Source: a virus
IMG/VR virus record: IMGVR_UViG_3300037961_003440
Coordinates: 1-64,000 of that record
Length of the DNA stretch: 64,000 nucleotides
Direction: 5' to 3' (one strand)
Below the pieces are notes generated by a model that saw nothing but the letters and a program-made list of their open reading frames with translations, made no database searches and was not told the DNA's origin. This document shows positions 1 to 8,198 of this stretch, piece by piece. The position numbers were made by a program, and so were the translations under genes. Positions within the stretch are counted from its first letter, which is position 1, and each line of letters begins with the position of its first letter.

Positions 1-269
1 ATTATGAAAGCCAAATAATAGATGAGTTAAAAAAATTAAATAAATTTGTAGATTATGTAGGTAATAATGATTTTAAATCATCACTTAGGCGTTGGCTTAT
101 AACACAAGTAGCCGAGATAAGTATTACTAATGATGAAATATTTGATGAAAATTTTGACACCATAATAAGAGAGAGATTAAGTAAATTTAATTTAATAGAT
201 AACAATGTTATATTTTCAAGTACTGCCTTTTCGTTTTTAGTTAAATTAATTGACCAAAACCTTCCTTAA
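1..269 (+). CDS. Partial hypothetical protein (3' end, frame 3)
   Basis: Open frame from position 3 (YESQIIDELKK...) to TAA at 267-269. Confidence 0.7.
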   Translation, partial: YESQIIDELKKLNKFVDYVGNNDFKSSLRRWLITQVAEISITNDEIFDENFDTIIRERLSKFNLIDNNVIFSSTAFSFLVKLIDQNLP

Positions 270-275
270 TCAAAA

Positions 276-300
276 TTTATATATAGTTAATTAAAAAATA
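276..300 (+). promoter_or_regulatory. Putative late promoter TATATA-N5-TTAAAAAATA
   Basis: Intergenic; near-identical motif at 6483 and 28211. Confidence 0.5.
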
Positions 301-318
301 AATTATTGAGAGGGTTAT

Positions 319-789
319 ATGTGGGCTACTATACTTAAGGGTAAAGCCACATCTAAATATATTAAAAACTATGTGTATAAGCATGGTTTAACTGAAGAAT
401 TTTTACCAGCAGATTATATAATTCAAAATATAAAAGCGAAGGGTGGTAGACAATCCGGTAATTTTACACAGAATAGTATAGTACCAACTTTAAAGGCATT
501 AGTTAGAGATGGTTTAGCAGAATCAAAAAGGGAAAATAAATGGGATGGTAGTAGAAATAGAGAAGTTTTACTGTTTAAAAAATTACCAGAACCTTTAGTA
601 AAATCAAATTGGGAAGATACAGTAGATGAAATGGTTGGTATTAATACCGACTTTGAAGATATTTATAATACATTAGCAAAAAAATTCAAATTTAATGCAC
701 CATCAAGAAAGGAACTTAATGAATATTTATCAAATAATTATAAACTAACAAGTATGTGGGCAAATTTATGGAGTAGGGAAGAACAATGA
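319..789 (+). CDS. Hypothetical protein with N-terminal W-x-x-ILK tag, possible winged-helix fold
   Basis: Starts MWATILKG; GAGGG RBS; TLKALVRDGLAES resembles a wHTH helix. Confidence 0.75.
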   Translation: MWATILKGKATSKYIKNYVYKHGLTEEFLPADYIIQNIKAKGGRQSGNFTQNSIVPTLKALVRDGLAESKRENKWDGSRNREVLLFKKLPEPLVKSNWEDTVDEMVGINTDFEDIYNTLAKKFKFNAPSRKELNEYLSNNYKLTSMWANLWSREEQ

Positions 790-1097
790 CATGGAAAATA
801 ATATTAAAACAAATAAGAAGAGTAGACCGTAAAGGTGAAGAAATAAGTCAAACAAGAATGGCGGGCGGAAGTAAAGCCGATGATTTATTAGAAGTAGATG
901 AAAGAAACTTAGATGTAGATGAAACATTTGAAGATGTATATGATAGTAAAACTGATGATGAATTAGCGAGGGCTACTAAACAAGATATTATTACAGAAAT
1001 TGAGTATTATCTTAAAGGACTATCTAAGGAAAAATTAATTGATATTTTAGTTAGAACTAAAGGAGATATTAGATTAAAGGATGACCCATTTGAGTGA
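786..1097 (+). CDS. Acidic hypothetical protein, tagged (MTWKIILKQ)
   Basis: ATGA overlap with upstream gene; tag motif. Confidence 0.8.
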   Translation: MTWKIILKQIRRVDRKGEEISQTRMAGGSKADDLLEVDERNLDVDETFEDVYDSKTDDELARATKQDIITEIEYYLKGLSKEKLIDILVRTKGDIRLKDDPFE

Positions 1098-1857
1098 TTA
1101 TATGACTTCTCCAGATATTCAAGCATCTTTAGAAAATGCTGAAGAAATTGCAAAATTAACAGGCCGTTCAAAAGGTGATGTTATTGCAGATTTGCTTGAT
1201 GATGGTAAATTAAATAATTCTAATGCTCTAAAAGAAAATACTTCTGCTATTGATAGAGCAACAGAAATGGCTAACAAAACTCATAAATTATTAACTGCTT
1301 TAATCCCTATACTTATTTTATTATCAACAAGTGGTTTAGAATTAACAGGTATTATTGACCTTACTCCCGCAGGTAATGGTGATGATGATGAATGGTTTTG
1401 GGAAGATGAAGATGGTAATGAATATGATGATATGATTTGGGGTTGTACAAATGATGCGGCAGAAAACTATGACCCTGAAGCAAATGTTGATGATGGTTCT
1501 TGTATTCCGTTAGAAGAATGTGAACCATTATTTTATGATTACTATTTAGATAAAATTGCAAATACATCTTTAGAATTTACATATGATGTTGATGTTAATT
1601 GTGATGAGGTACAACAAGTAGAAGTACAGTTTTTAGTTTATGATATTAATGGTACATATGAAGAACCATTTAATTATTCAATAGATATATGGGATGTATA
1701 TAATGGAGATGCTGAATACAGAAATATGTCTTTAGGTAGTTTTACTAATGGTAGTTATGATGCATATGTTTATTTAATAAATGATGATAACATAGTAATA
1801 GACGAAATTATTTGGTATAATATTGAGTTAGAAGCAAGAACAGAAGATGAGGTATAA
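1081..1857 (+). CDS. Single-pass membrane protein with GCT-x-NY-x-DDGSC motif and acidic beta-rich domain
   Basis: Hydrophobic LLTALIPILILLST; GCTNDAAENYDPEANVDDGSC; start may be 1102. Confidence 0.75.
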   Translation: MTHLSDYMTSPDIQASLENAEEIAKLTGRSKGDVIADLLDDGKLNNSNALKENTSAIDRATEMANKTHKLLTALIPILILLSTSGLELTGIIDLTPAGNGDDDEWFWEDEDGNEYDDMIWGCTNDAAENYDPEANVDDGSCIPLEECEPLFYDYYLDKIANTSLEFTYDVDVNCDEVQQVEVQFLVYDINGTYEEPFNYSIDIWDVYNGDAEYRNMSLGSFTNGSYDAYVYLINDDNIVIDEIIWYNIELEARTEDEV

Positions 1858-1859
1858 TT

Positions 1860-2111
1860 ATGTGGAAAAATATATTAAAAGCAAAAGTACCTGCTGTAAA
1901 AACAAAGCAATATTATACCTATGTAAAATTTATTAAAAAAATTCTAAAAGATGAAGGTGGTGCTGCTGGTATGAAGAATTTTATAGAGGCTGGAAATAAA
2001 ATAGATGGCTTTGATGAAAAATATTTAAAATATGTTATTAGTGATGCAATAGACCATGATGATTGGTTGGCTGAACATGAACATGGAGATTATTATCTAA
2101 AGGAGGATTAA
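1860..2111 (+). CDS. Hypothetical protein, tagged (MWKNILKA)
   Basis: GAGGT RBS; tag motif. Confidence 0.8.
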   Translation: MWKNILKAKVPAVKTKQYYTYVKFIKKILKDEGGAAGMKNFIEAGNKIDGFDEKYLKYVISDAIDHDDWLAEHEHGDYYLKED

Positions 2112-2112
2112 T

Positions 2113-2376
2113 ATGTCTTGGGAAAATATTTTAAAAGGTAATGAAGTTTTTGTATTATATCAAACCTATGAAGTACACGCACGAGACCCTTATTATACAG
2201 TTGATGCTGATGATGTTGTTGGTATTTTTACTTCAAAAGATAAAATGGTAGAATATTTAGAAAGAAAAAATCTTGTTAAACCAAATACGGAAAGAAGTTT
2301 AGAAGGTATGTTATCAGAAGTTATGATGAGTTTTGCTATATACACCCTTGATAAACCAAAGGAGGGGTATGAATGA
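2113..2376 (+). CDS. Hypothetical protein, tagged (MSWENILKG)
   Basis: GGAGG RBS; tag motif. Confidence 0.8.
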   Translation: MSWENILKGNEVFVLYQTYEVHARDPYYTVDADDVVGIFTSKDKMVEYLERKNLVKPNTERSLEGMLSEVMMSFAIYTLDKPKEGYE

Positions 2377-2693
2377 CTTGGGAAGATATTTTAAAAAGAA
2401 AAAAGCGCAAATCAAAAAAGCGCAAACCTAAGAAAAAAGAAGATATGAGAGTAGGTCGTGTTTATCCTTCAGATAGAGCAGGTAAAAAAATTATGATGCT
2501 AACGCATGAGGGTAAAAAAATTCATGCAGGTGCTAAAGGATATGGTAATTATAAAGGAAAGGGAAAGAATAGAGGTGGGGGAACACATACTAATAAAAAA
2601 CGCAGGGCTAATTTTAAAGCAAGACATAACTGCGACCAATGTAAAGGTAGAATTACAACTCCTAAATGTTTAGCGTGTAAAAAATTGTGGTGA
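2373..2693 (+). CDS. Highly basic protein, tagged (MTWEDILKR), resembling a small basic family of marine and giant viruses
   Basis: KK...KKIHAGAKGY...RRANFKARH...LW pattern; K/R-rich. Confidence 0.75.
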   Translation: MTWEDILKRKKRKSKKRKPKKKEDMRVGRVYPSDRAGKKIMMLTHEGKKIHAGAKGYGNYKGKGKNRGGGTHTNKKRRANFKARHNCDQCKGRITTPKCLACKKLW

Positions 2694-2698
2694 TTATT

Positions 2699-3742
2699 TT
2701 GAATTGGGAGGATATAATTCAAAAGAAAAGCAAAGCCCGTAGAAGGAAGGGTGCTAAAAGAGCCAAGAAAAAAACAAGGCGTGATGGTAAATCTAAAGGA
2801 AAAAGAGATGCTTGTTATTATAAAGTTAGAAGGCGTTATAAAAAATGGCCTTCGGCTTATGCTTCAGGTGCATTAGTACAATGTCGTAAAGTAGGTGCTA
2901 AAAATTGGGGAAATTCTGTTAAAAAATCTGAATCAAAATGGATGACAGAATTATCAGCAGGTAAAAAAAAATTATTAAATGAGCAACCTTCTATTAAAGT
3001 AGAATTCCCCGAATTATCTTTTCCCGATAATGAATCTGAATTATCAGAAGTTATGAATATAAGAAGTAAATACGAAATGGACAAAGATGTTGAAAAGGAT
3101 TTAGACCAAAATAATAATCAAATGATGTTAGATATTGTAGGTGAAGAAGAATCAGATTGGGAACAATTTTTACAAGATATAAGAATTTACAATATTAAAT
3201 TAAAAATGCAATATAAAAGACCAAGACCATATGAAATTTCAGATAAATTAAATTCTATTACAGATACTGATGATACTCCTTCTTTTCCAAGCGGTCATGC
3301 TATGGAGGCTTATGCTTTAGCAGAAGTATTATCAAATGATTATCCTGAAAAAGAAGAAGAATTATTTAATATGGCTGAAGCGATTGCTTTATCAAGAGTA
3401 TTAATGGGTAATCATTTTCCAAGCGATATAGAAGCAGGTGAAAAAGTAGGATTAATATTTGCTAAAGCATATCTTAATAGTGATATAAATAAATCTTGGG
3501 AAGATTTTATATTTAAAGGGTGGGTTGATTGTTCTTCATGTGGTAAAGGAAAAAAGCGTAGACCGTGTGGTAGAAAAGATGCTTCTAAAGGACAAAAAAG
3601 AAGATGCCGACCAACTTGTTCAGCGTGTAAAGATTACAAAAGACGAGCAGGTAAAAGAGGAAAGAAAAAGAAAAGAAGAAAGGGAACTTTTAGTTTAGAA
3701 GATAAATATGGACTTCACGGTTGGTTTAAAAGGAGGGGTTAA
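2699..3742 (+). CDS. Multi-module protein: basic Cys domain + PAP2/haloperoxidase-family phosphatase + basic Cys domain; tagged (MNWEDIIQK)
   Basis: PAP2 motifs KMQYKRPRP, SFPSGH, SRVLMGNHFPSD; probable TTG start at 2699 after GGTGA. Confidence 0.85.
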   Translation: MNWEDIIQKKSKARRRKGAKRAKKKTRRDGKSKGKRDACYYKVRRRYKKWPSAYASGALVQCRKVGAKNWGNSVKKSESKWMTELSAGKKKLLNEQPSIKVEFPELSFPDNESELSEVMNIRSKYEMDKDVEKDLDQNNNQMMLDIVGEEESDWEQFLQDIRIYNIKLKMQYKRPRPYEISDKLNSITDTDDTPSFPSGHAMEAYALAEVLSNDYPEKEEELFNMAEAIALSRVLMGNHFPSDIEAGEKVGLIFAKAYLNSDINKSWEDFIFKGWVDCSSCGKGKKRRPCGRKDASKGQKRRCRPTCSACKDYKRRAGKRGKKKKRRKGTFSLEDKYGLHGWFKRRG

Positions 3743-3743
3743 T

Positions 3744-4475
3744 ATTTCATGGAAAGATATTCTTAAGTCTAATTATACTAATGTTAACGACTTTCAATTA
3801 TTTTTATCAGATGTATTTAATATTCCCAAAGAAGATAGTAAAAACATTAAAGCGTCACAAGGTCTTATGCAAGCAACAAGTATTGGAAAATTTATGAATG
3901 ACATTACTGAACAAGAATTTTATAGATTAATGAGTCTTGCTGAAGAAAAAAGGTATCAAGAATTAATTGATAATTTAGAAGAACTAAAAGAAAAATCAGT
4001 TAAACAAAGAAAAAGAGAATATAATCAAAGACCTGAAAGAAGGGCATATGAGAAGGAATATAGACAAAGACCGGAAGTTAGAGAGAAAAACATAGAAAGA
4101 GATAGGAAAAGATACCAAAAAATTAAAGAGAAAAGAGAAAAAGAAAGAAAAGAATATGAAGCAAGTCCTGAATATGCCCGAAAGAAAAAACAAAAAGAAA
4201 AAGAAAGGAAAGAAAAAGAGCGTGCTTATAAAAGGGCTTACAATCAAAGACCGGAAGTTAAAGAAAGAAATAGACAAAGAGCGAAAACACCAGAAGTTAG
4301 AGAAAGAAAAAGAGAATATGAGTCAAGACCTGAAGTTAAAGAAAGAAGAAGGCTATACAGGGAAAGACCGGAAGTTAAAGAAAGAAGAAAAGAATACAAA
4401 CGAAAATACTCAAAAACTTCTAAATATAAAAATTACATAAATCGAAAAAATCGTGAAAAGAGGGAGAAATTGTAA
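3744..4475 (+). CDS. Basic coiled-coil protein with RPEVKER repeats; tagged ([I/M]SWKDILKS)
   Basis: Track start is 3708, but GGAGG RBS and tag position point to ATT at 3744; about 6 RPE(V)-type repeats. Confidence 0.75.
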   Translation: MSWKDILKSNYTNVNDFQLFLSDVFNIPKEDSKNIKASQGLMQATSIGKFMNDITEQEFYRLMSLAEEKRYQELIDNLEELKEKSVKQRKREYNQRPERRAYEKEYRQRPEVREKNIERDRKRYQKIKEKREKERKEYEASPEYARKKKQKEKERKEKERAYKRAYNQRPEVKERNRQRAKTPEVRERKREYESRPEVKERRRLYRERPEVKERRKEYKRKYSKTSKYKNYINRKNREKREKL

Positions 4476-4801
4476 TGAGTTGGAAAGATATTCTCAAAGC
4501 AAAAAGAATCCCAAGAAAAAAAGGACAACCTGCTAATTCTAAAAAACATTCAGATTTATATACAGATGAAAATCCTAAAGGAACAATACATGGTTTAGGA
4601 TTTAAAACTGTAAAAGATGCAAAACGCTCAGTAGCAAAAATAAAAAGAAGTGATAGAACACACGCTCATAAAACTCAAGCGGCTATTGCTATGGAACAAA
4701 GAGCAAGAGAAATGGGTAAAAAAACTGCGGCAGGTATTTATAGGACTTTTATTAACCAACAAAAGAAAAAGACTAAAGAAAAAAGGAAGCGTAAAAAATG
4801 A
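4475..4801 (+). CDS. Basic protein, tagged (MSWKDILKA), conserved-looking SDLYTDENPKGTIHGLGF domain
   Basis: Tag motif; domain pattern recalled from marine virus hypothetical proteins. Confidence 0.8.
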   Translation: MSWKDILKAKRIPRKKGQPANSKKHSDLYTDENPKGTIHGLGFKTVKDAKRSVAKIKRSDRTHAHKTQAAIAMEQRAREMGKKTAAGIYRTFINQQKKKTKEKRKRKK

Positions 4802-4926
4802 AAGATTTTGTTTATTGTGGTCGCTGTTATGAAACTGATAAAGTTTATCCTTTTGGGTTTTGTAAAAAATGTTGGATTAAACACGGCAAACCTAAAGCGA
4901 TGAATGGTGATATAATTGCCCAATAA
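4798..4926 (+). CDS. 42-aa zinc-finger microprotein (not in ORF track)
   Basis: ATGA overlap; MKDFVYCGRC...FCKKCWIKHG, two CxxC pairs. Confidence 0.65.
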   Translation: MKDFVYCGRCYETDKVYPFGFCKKCWIKHGKPKAMNGDIIAQ

Positions 4927-5026
4927 AAATAAAGTTAGAAAGCCAATAAAAAGAAAAAAAGGAGAACCAAGTCAAAAATCTGAAAAGAAAAGACCTAATA
5001 AACCAAACTATCCGAGAAAGAGATGA
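4916..5026 (+). CDS. 36-aa basic microprotein (not in ORF track)
   Basis: GGTGA RBS then TTG; MPNKNKVRKPIKRKKGEPSQKSEKKRPNKPNYPRKR; fills the gap exactly. Confidence 0.5.
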   Translation: MPNKNKVRKPIKRKKGEPSQKSEKKRPNKPNYPRKR

Positions 5027-5030
5027 TAAT

Positions 5031-5342
5031 ATGTGGGAAAAAATACTCAAGTCTGAATTAATTAAAGTCGGTACTAATATGCAAGATGCTGACTTTTGGC
5101 TTATTAGAGTACATGATGCAAATACAGTAGGTAAGCCTGTTAAAGAATTTAAACCTCAATATATAGGAATTAAAATTATTGCTACTGATAAACTTGACCC
5201 ACAGTTTATGTATTATTGGTTTATGAATTTACAACAGAATCAAAAATATTGGTATCAAATGGCTATACCTGATTCAAGAGGAACATATCATATTAGAATA
5301 TCTGACCTTAAAGATTTAATTAAAAGGATAGTGGTACAATGA
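5031..5342 (+). CDS. Small protein, tagged (MWEKILKS), resembling a stand-alone type I R-M specificity (HsdS TRD-like) domain
   Basis: DADFWLIR...VGKP...IGIK...LDPQFMYY...HIRISDLK pattern; function tentative. Confidence 0.6.
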   Translation: MWEKILKSELIKVGTNMQDADFWLIRVHDANTVGKPVKEFKPQYIGIKIIATDKLDPQFMYYWFMNLQQNQKYWYQMAIPDSRGTYHIRISDLKDLIKRIVVQ

Positions 5343-6478
5343 ATTGGACAACCATATTAAAAAGGAAAAAGATGCACGCTAAAAATTTTAAAACATTTAA
5401 AAAAGTCTTAATAGAATTAGTAGAAGCGATGCCAAATGATGAAGTTTTTACTTTAAATACATTTGAAGTTAAAAGAGATTTGATTGAAAGATTAAAAAAT
5501 GAAAATTTACAAACAAATTCATTAGCAATATGGGAAAAAACGAGCATGGATAATTGGATTAAATCAGTTGGTAATAGGATAGTTTCAAATATGGAAAATG
5601 TAGATGTTGTTTCGAGAAATGATAGACAATACGGTAGACAAGTAGCATTCATAAAAAAGACAAATGATATTACTAAAAATTTAAAACTTGTAAAACCTGA
5701 AGTTTCTGGTAAAGTTAAAAGAAAGAAAAAGCCTCTACCAGATTTTGTAGAAGATGAAAAAGAAAAGCCTCCTGTTAATGAAGAAGAAATATCACCTGAT
5801 TGTTTAATGTACTATAAAAGAATTACAGTTTTGATTGTGGATTTTGTGACTATTGATATGCCTCAAATATTAAATAAGGCTTTAAAATTTGGTTATTGGG
5901 ATAAAACCGGCATTAATACTACATACAATTTTGAGCCGGATGCTAAAACAAAAACAGGAGGAAAATATCCAACACAGTCGTATGATTTTAATTATTATTT
6001 TAGCCCTACTGATAGTACTAATTATAAAGACCTTTTTTATGCGGCAGTTGATTTTACTTTTACTAAATCCGAAAATATACCAAGAAAAGATGCTTGTACT
6101 TTATTATGGTTAATTCATTCTGGTGGTTGGACACCTGTTATTAATGATTTAGATTGGTGGCCTCAAGGTATGCAATTGCAATTAAATACTTATGACAGTA
6201 TTGGATTAAAAAACGCTGGACTTGATTTACAAACTCAAATCATGACAGGTGGAAGCGATTTACCTTCTTTTGGAATTCAATTATATTTTTCTATTGTTAA
6301 GAAACAATATATAAGGTATAATAATTTACCAGATGAAATTAAAAAAGTTTTAACTGATATACATTTTGATGTGCGTAAAGAAACACGAGAATTATTTAAA
6401 AAGATACAAGATATTGCAGACGAATGGGTTAATTCAAATCCTGATTTTGCTAACAAATTTAGGCTTGATAATAAGTAA
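5339..6478 (+). CDS. Hypothetical protein, tagged (MNWTTILKR)
   Basis: 379 aa ORF; tag motif. Confidence 0.8.
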   Translation: MNWTTILKRKKMHAKNFKTFKKVLIELVEAMPNDEVFTLNTFEVKRDLIERLKNENLQTNSLAIWEKTSMDNWIKSVGNRIVSNMENVDVVSRNDRQYGRQVAFIKKTNDITKNLKLVKPEVSGKVKRKKKPLPDFVEDEKEKPPVNEEEISPDCLMYYKRITVLIVDFVTIDMPQILNKALKFGYWDKTGINTTYNFEPDAKTKTGGKYPTQSYDFNYYFSPTDSTNYKDLFYAAVDFTFTKSENIPRKDACTLLWLIHSGGWTPVINDLDWWPQGMQLQLNTYDSIGLKNAGLDLQTQIMTGGSDLPSFGIQLYFSIVKKQYIRYNNLPDEIKKVLTDIHFDVRKETRELFKKIQDIADEWVNSNPDFANKFRLDNK

Positions 6479-6482
6479 TTAA

Positions 6483-6506
6483 TATATAGTAGTTAAAAAA
6501 TAATTG
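6483..6506 (+). promoter_or_regulatory. Putative late promoter TATATA-N4-TTAAAAAATA
   Basis: Intergenic copy of the 276/28211 motif. Confidence 0.5.
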
Positions 6507-6523
6507 AATCAAAGGCGAAAGTC

Positions 6524-6775
6524 ATGTCATGGGAAGATACCTTACAAAAACAGTATCAAGGACTTAATAGTATTATTGATTTTATAGCAAGACAAAGAGA
6601 TATTTTAAAAGAAATGGAGGATTTAGCAAGGGAATCTTTTGGAACTTCGGGTGAAGAAACTAATATTCCTTTTGATGTAGATGAGGCTAAAGACTTACTT
6701 GAAGATTATGAAAAATTTGGTAAGAGTATTGAAAAGTTATTTCAACAAATGATTAGAAAAGGAGAGTTACAATAA
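6524..6775 (+). CDS. Hypothetical helical protein, tagged (MSWEDTLQK)
   Basis: Tag variant. Confidence 0.8.
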   Translation: MSWEDTLQKQYQGLNSIIDFIARQRDILKEMEDLARESFGTSGEETNIPFDVDEAKDLLEDYEKFGKSIEKLFQQMIRKGELQ

Positions 6776-6930
6776 TGACATGGGAAAAATATCTAAAGAG
6801 TATTACAAATAAAGATATTACTGATTGGGAAACAGCATTAAAAGCATTTACTGAAGAAGGTAAAAAGTTAGGTATGCCCTTAGATGTCATTGATTCTATT
6901 GTTAAGGCTTTAAGGAGAAATGAGGAATGA
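6775..6930 (+). CDS. 51-aa protein with two tag copies (MTWEKYLKS...DWETALKA); not in ORF track
   Basis: TAATG overlap upstream, ATGA overlap downstream, GGAG RBS. Confidence 0.8.
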   Translation: MTWEKYLKSITNKDITDWETALKAFTEEGKKLGMPLDVIDSIVKALRRNEE

Positions 6931-8198
6931 CATGGAAAAATATACTTAAAGAAGATGATGACGAACCACAAATTAAACCTGATGGTTCGGTTTTTATTCC
7001 TAATTATGGTTTTAAAAATAAACCTTTTAGGCAAGATAAACAGCCTATTGATAGAGATGAAGAGGGAAAAATTTTACCCGATGAATTAAGAGGAAAAAAG
7101 GTTGGACTTGTTAATTGGTTTAAAACAATAAAGGCAACTTTTCAAGAAATGCTACAAAATACAGGTTATATGGGTAGGAGAGGATTTCAAATATCATCTG
7201 CTGGTGCAAAACCTATGACTCAAGAATCAGGTGCTTCAAAACAGATAGAAATACTTGGTCTACAAATTGCTCAGGAAAATATTGAAACTATGTTAGAAGG
7301 GTATGTTAATTCTATTACTAAATATAGAGGTAAAGGTAAGCAATATCCTGCTGACCTTCCAGAAAATTTTAGTGACGAACAAAGAAGTATTCAAGGAATA
7401 ATGGGTTCTTCCGGCTATAATAGAATTATGGATGCAGGACTTAAATTTTCTGAAGAATTAATGTCGGGTATTTTTGATACTATGTATTTATCAGTAAGGG
7501 CTGAATATGATTCTCCCGATGATGAAGATAATCCACTTGAAGATGTAGACGAAAATGAGTTATTTGAAAAGGCTTCTAATGAACATATACAAGAAATTTG
7601 GTCGGCTCATGGTAATCAAATAACAACACAAGTTAGAAATTTAATTAATAACGCAGGTGAGTATTTAGACGATGTACTAAATGAAGGGGATAAATCTTTA
7701 TTCGATTTAGACGGTGATGGAACTAAAGATATTAATAATACAGATATAAAAAATAGTATTAAAAATACTTTACAACAAGCCTATTCTAAACCTGAAATGA
7801 CAGAATTAATAGCAACATTTACAGCAAATGTTAATTGGGCTTTTGTAATTAAATATGTAAAAGGCCAGCAGGATATGATGGAAAGTGAAGTTGCAGACCA
7901 AACTTCATATAAAGATTTAGGACAAGACCCAGATTTTGAAACAGAAATGGCTAATAGACCTGAAATAAAATATGGTGAAGAATATGGACAAGCAAGACGA
8001 AAATTTGAAGATGAATACAAATCTGACGATACTTACGGAAATGAATTCGACTGGTTTTCTATTTTATCTAAAGAATCAGCAACAGGAATGACTACTAATG
8101 CAGGTTTTACTCCAGCAGTACATAATTTAAGATTTGGTGAAAAACCTCCATGTGAAAGATGTAATGATAAAACTACCCCTTGTGGTTGTGATAACTGA
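6927..8198 (+). CDS. Acidic hypothetical protein, tagged (MTWKNILKE), second tag near C-terminus, Cys-rich tail
   Basis: Internal DWFSILSKE at 8049-8075; CERC...CGC. Confidence 0.85.
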   Translation: MTWKNILKEDDDEPQIKPDGSVFIPNYGFKNKPFRQDKQPIDRDEEGKILPDELRGKKVGLVNWFKTIKATFQEMLQNTGYMGRRGFQISSAGAKPMTQESGASKQIEILGLQIAQENIETMLEGYVNSITKYRGKGKQYPADLPENFSDEQRSIQGIMGSSGYNRIMDAGLKFSEELMSGIFDTMYLSVRAEYDSPDDEDNPLEDVDENELFEKASNEHIQEIWSAHGNQITTQVRNLINNAGEYLDDVLNEGDKSLFDLDGDGTKDINNTDIKNSIKNTLQQAYSKPEMTELIATFTANVNWAFVIKYVKGQQDMMESEVADQTSYKDLGQDPDFETEMANRPEIKYGEEYGQARRKFEDEYKSDDTYGNEFDWFSILSKESATGMTTNAGFTPAVHNLRFGEKPPCERCNDKTTPCGCDN

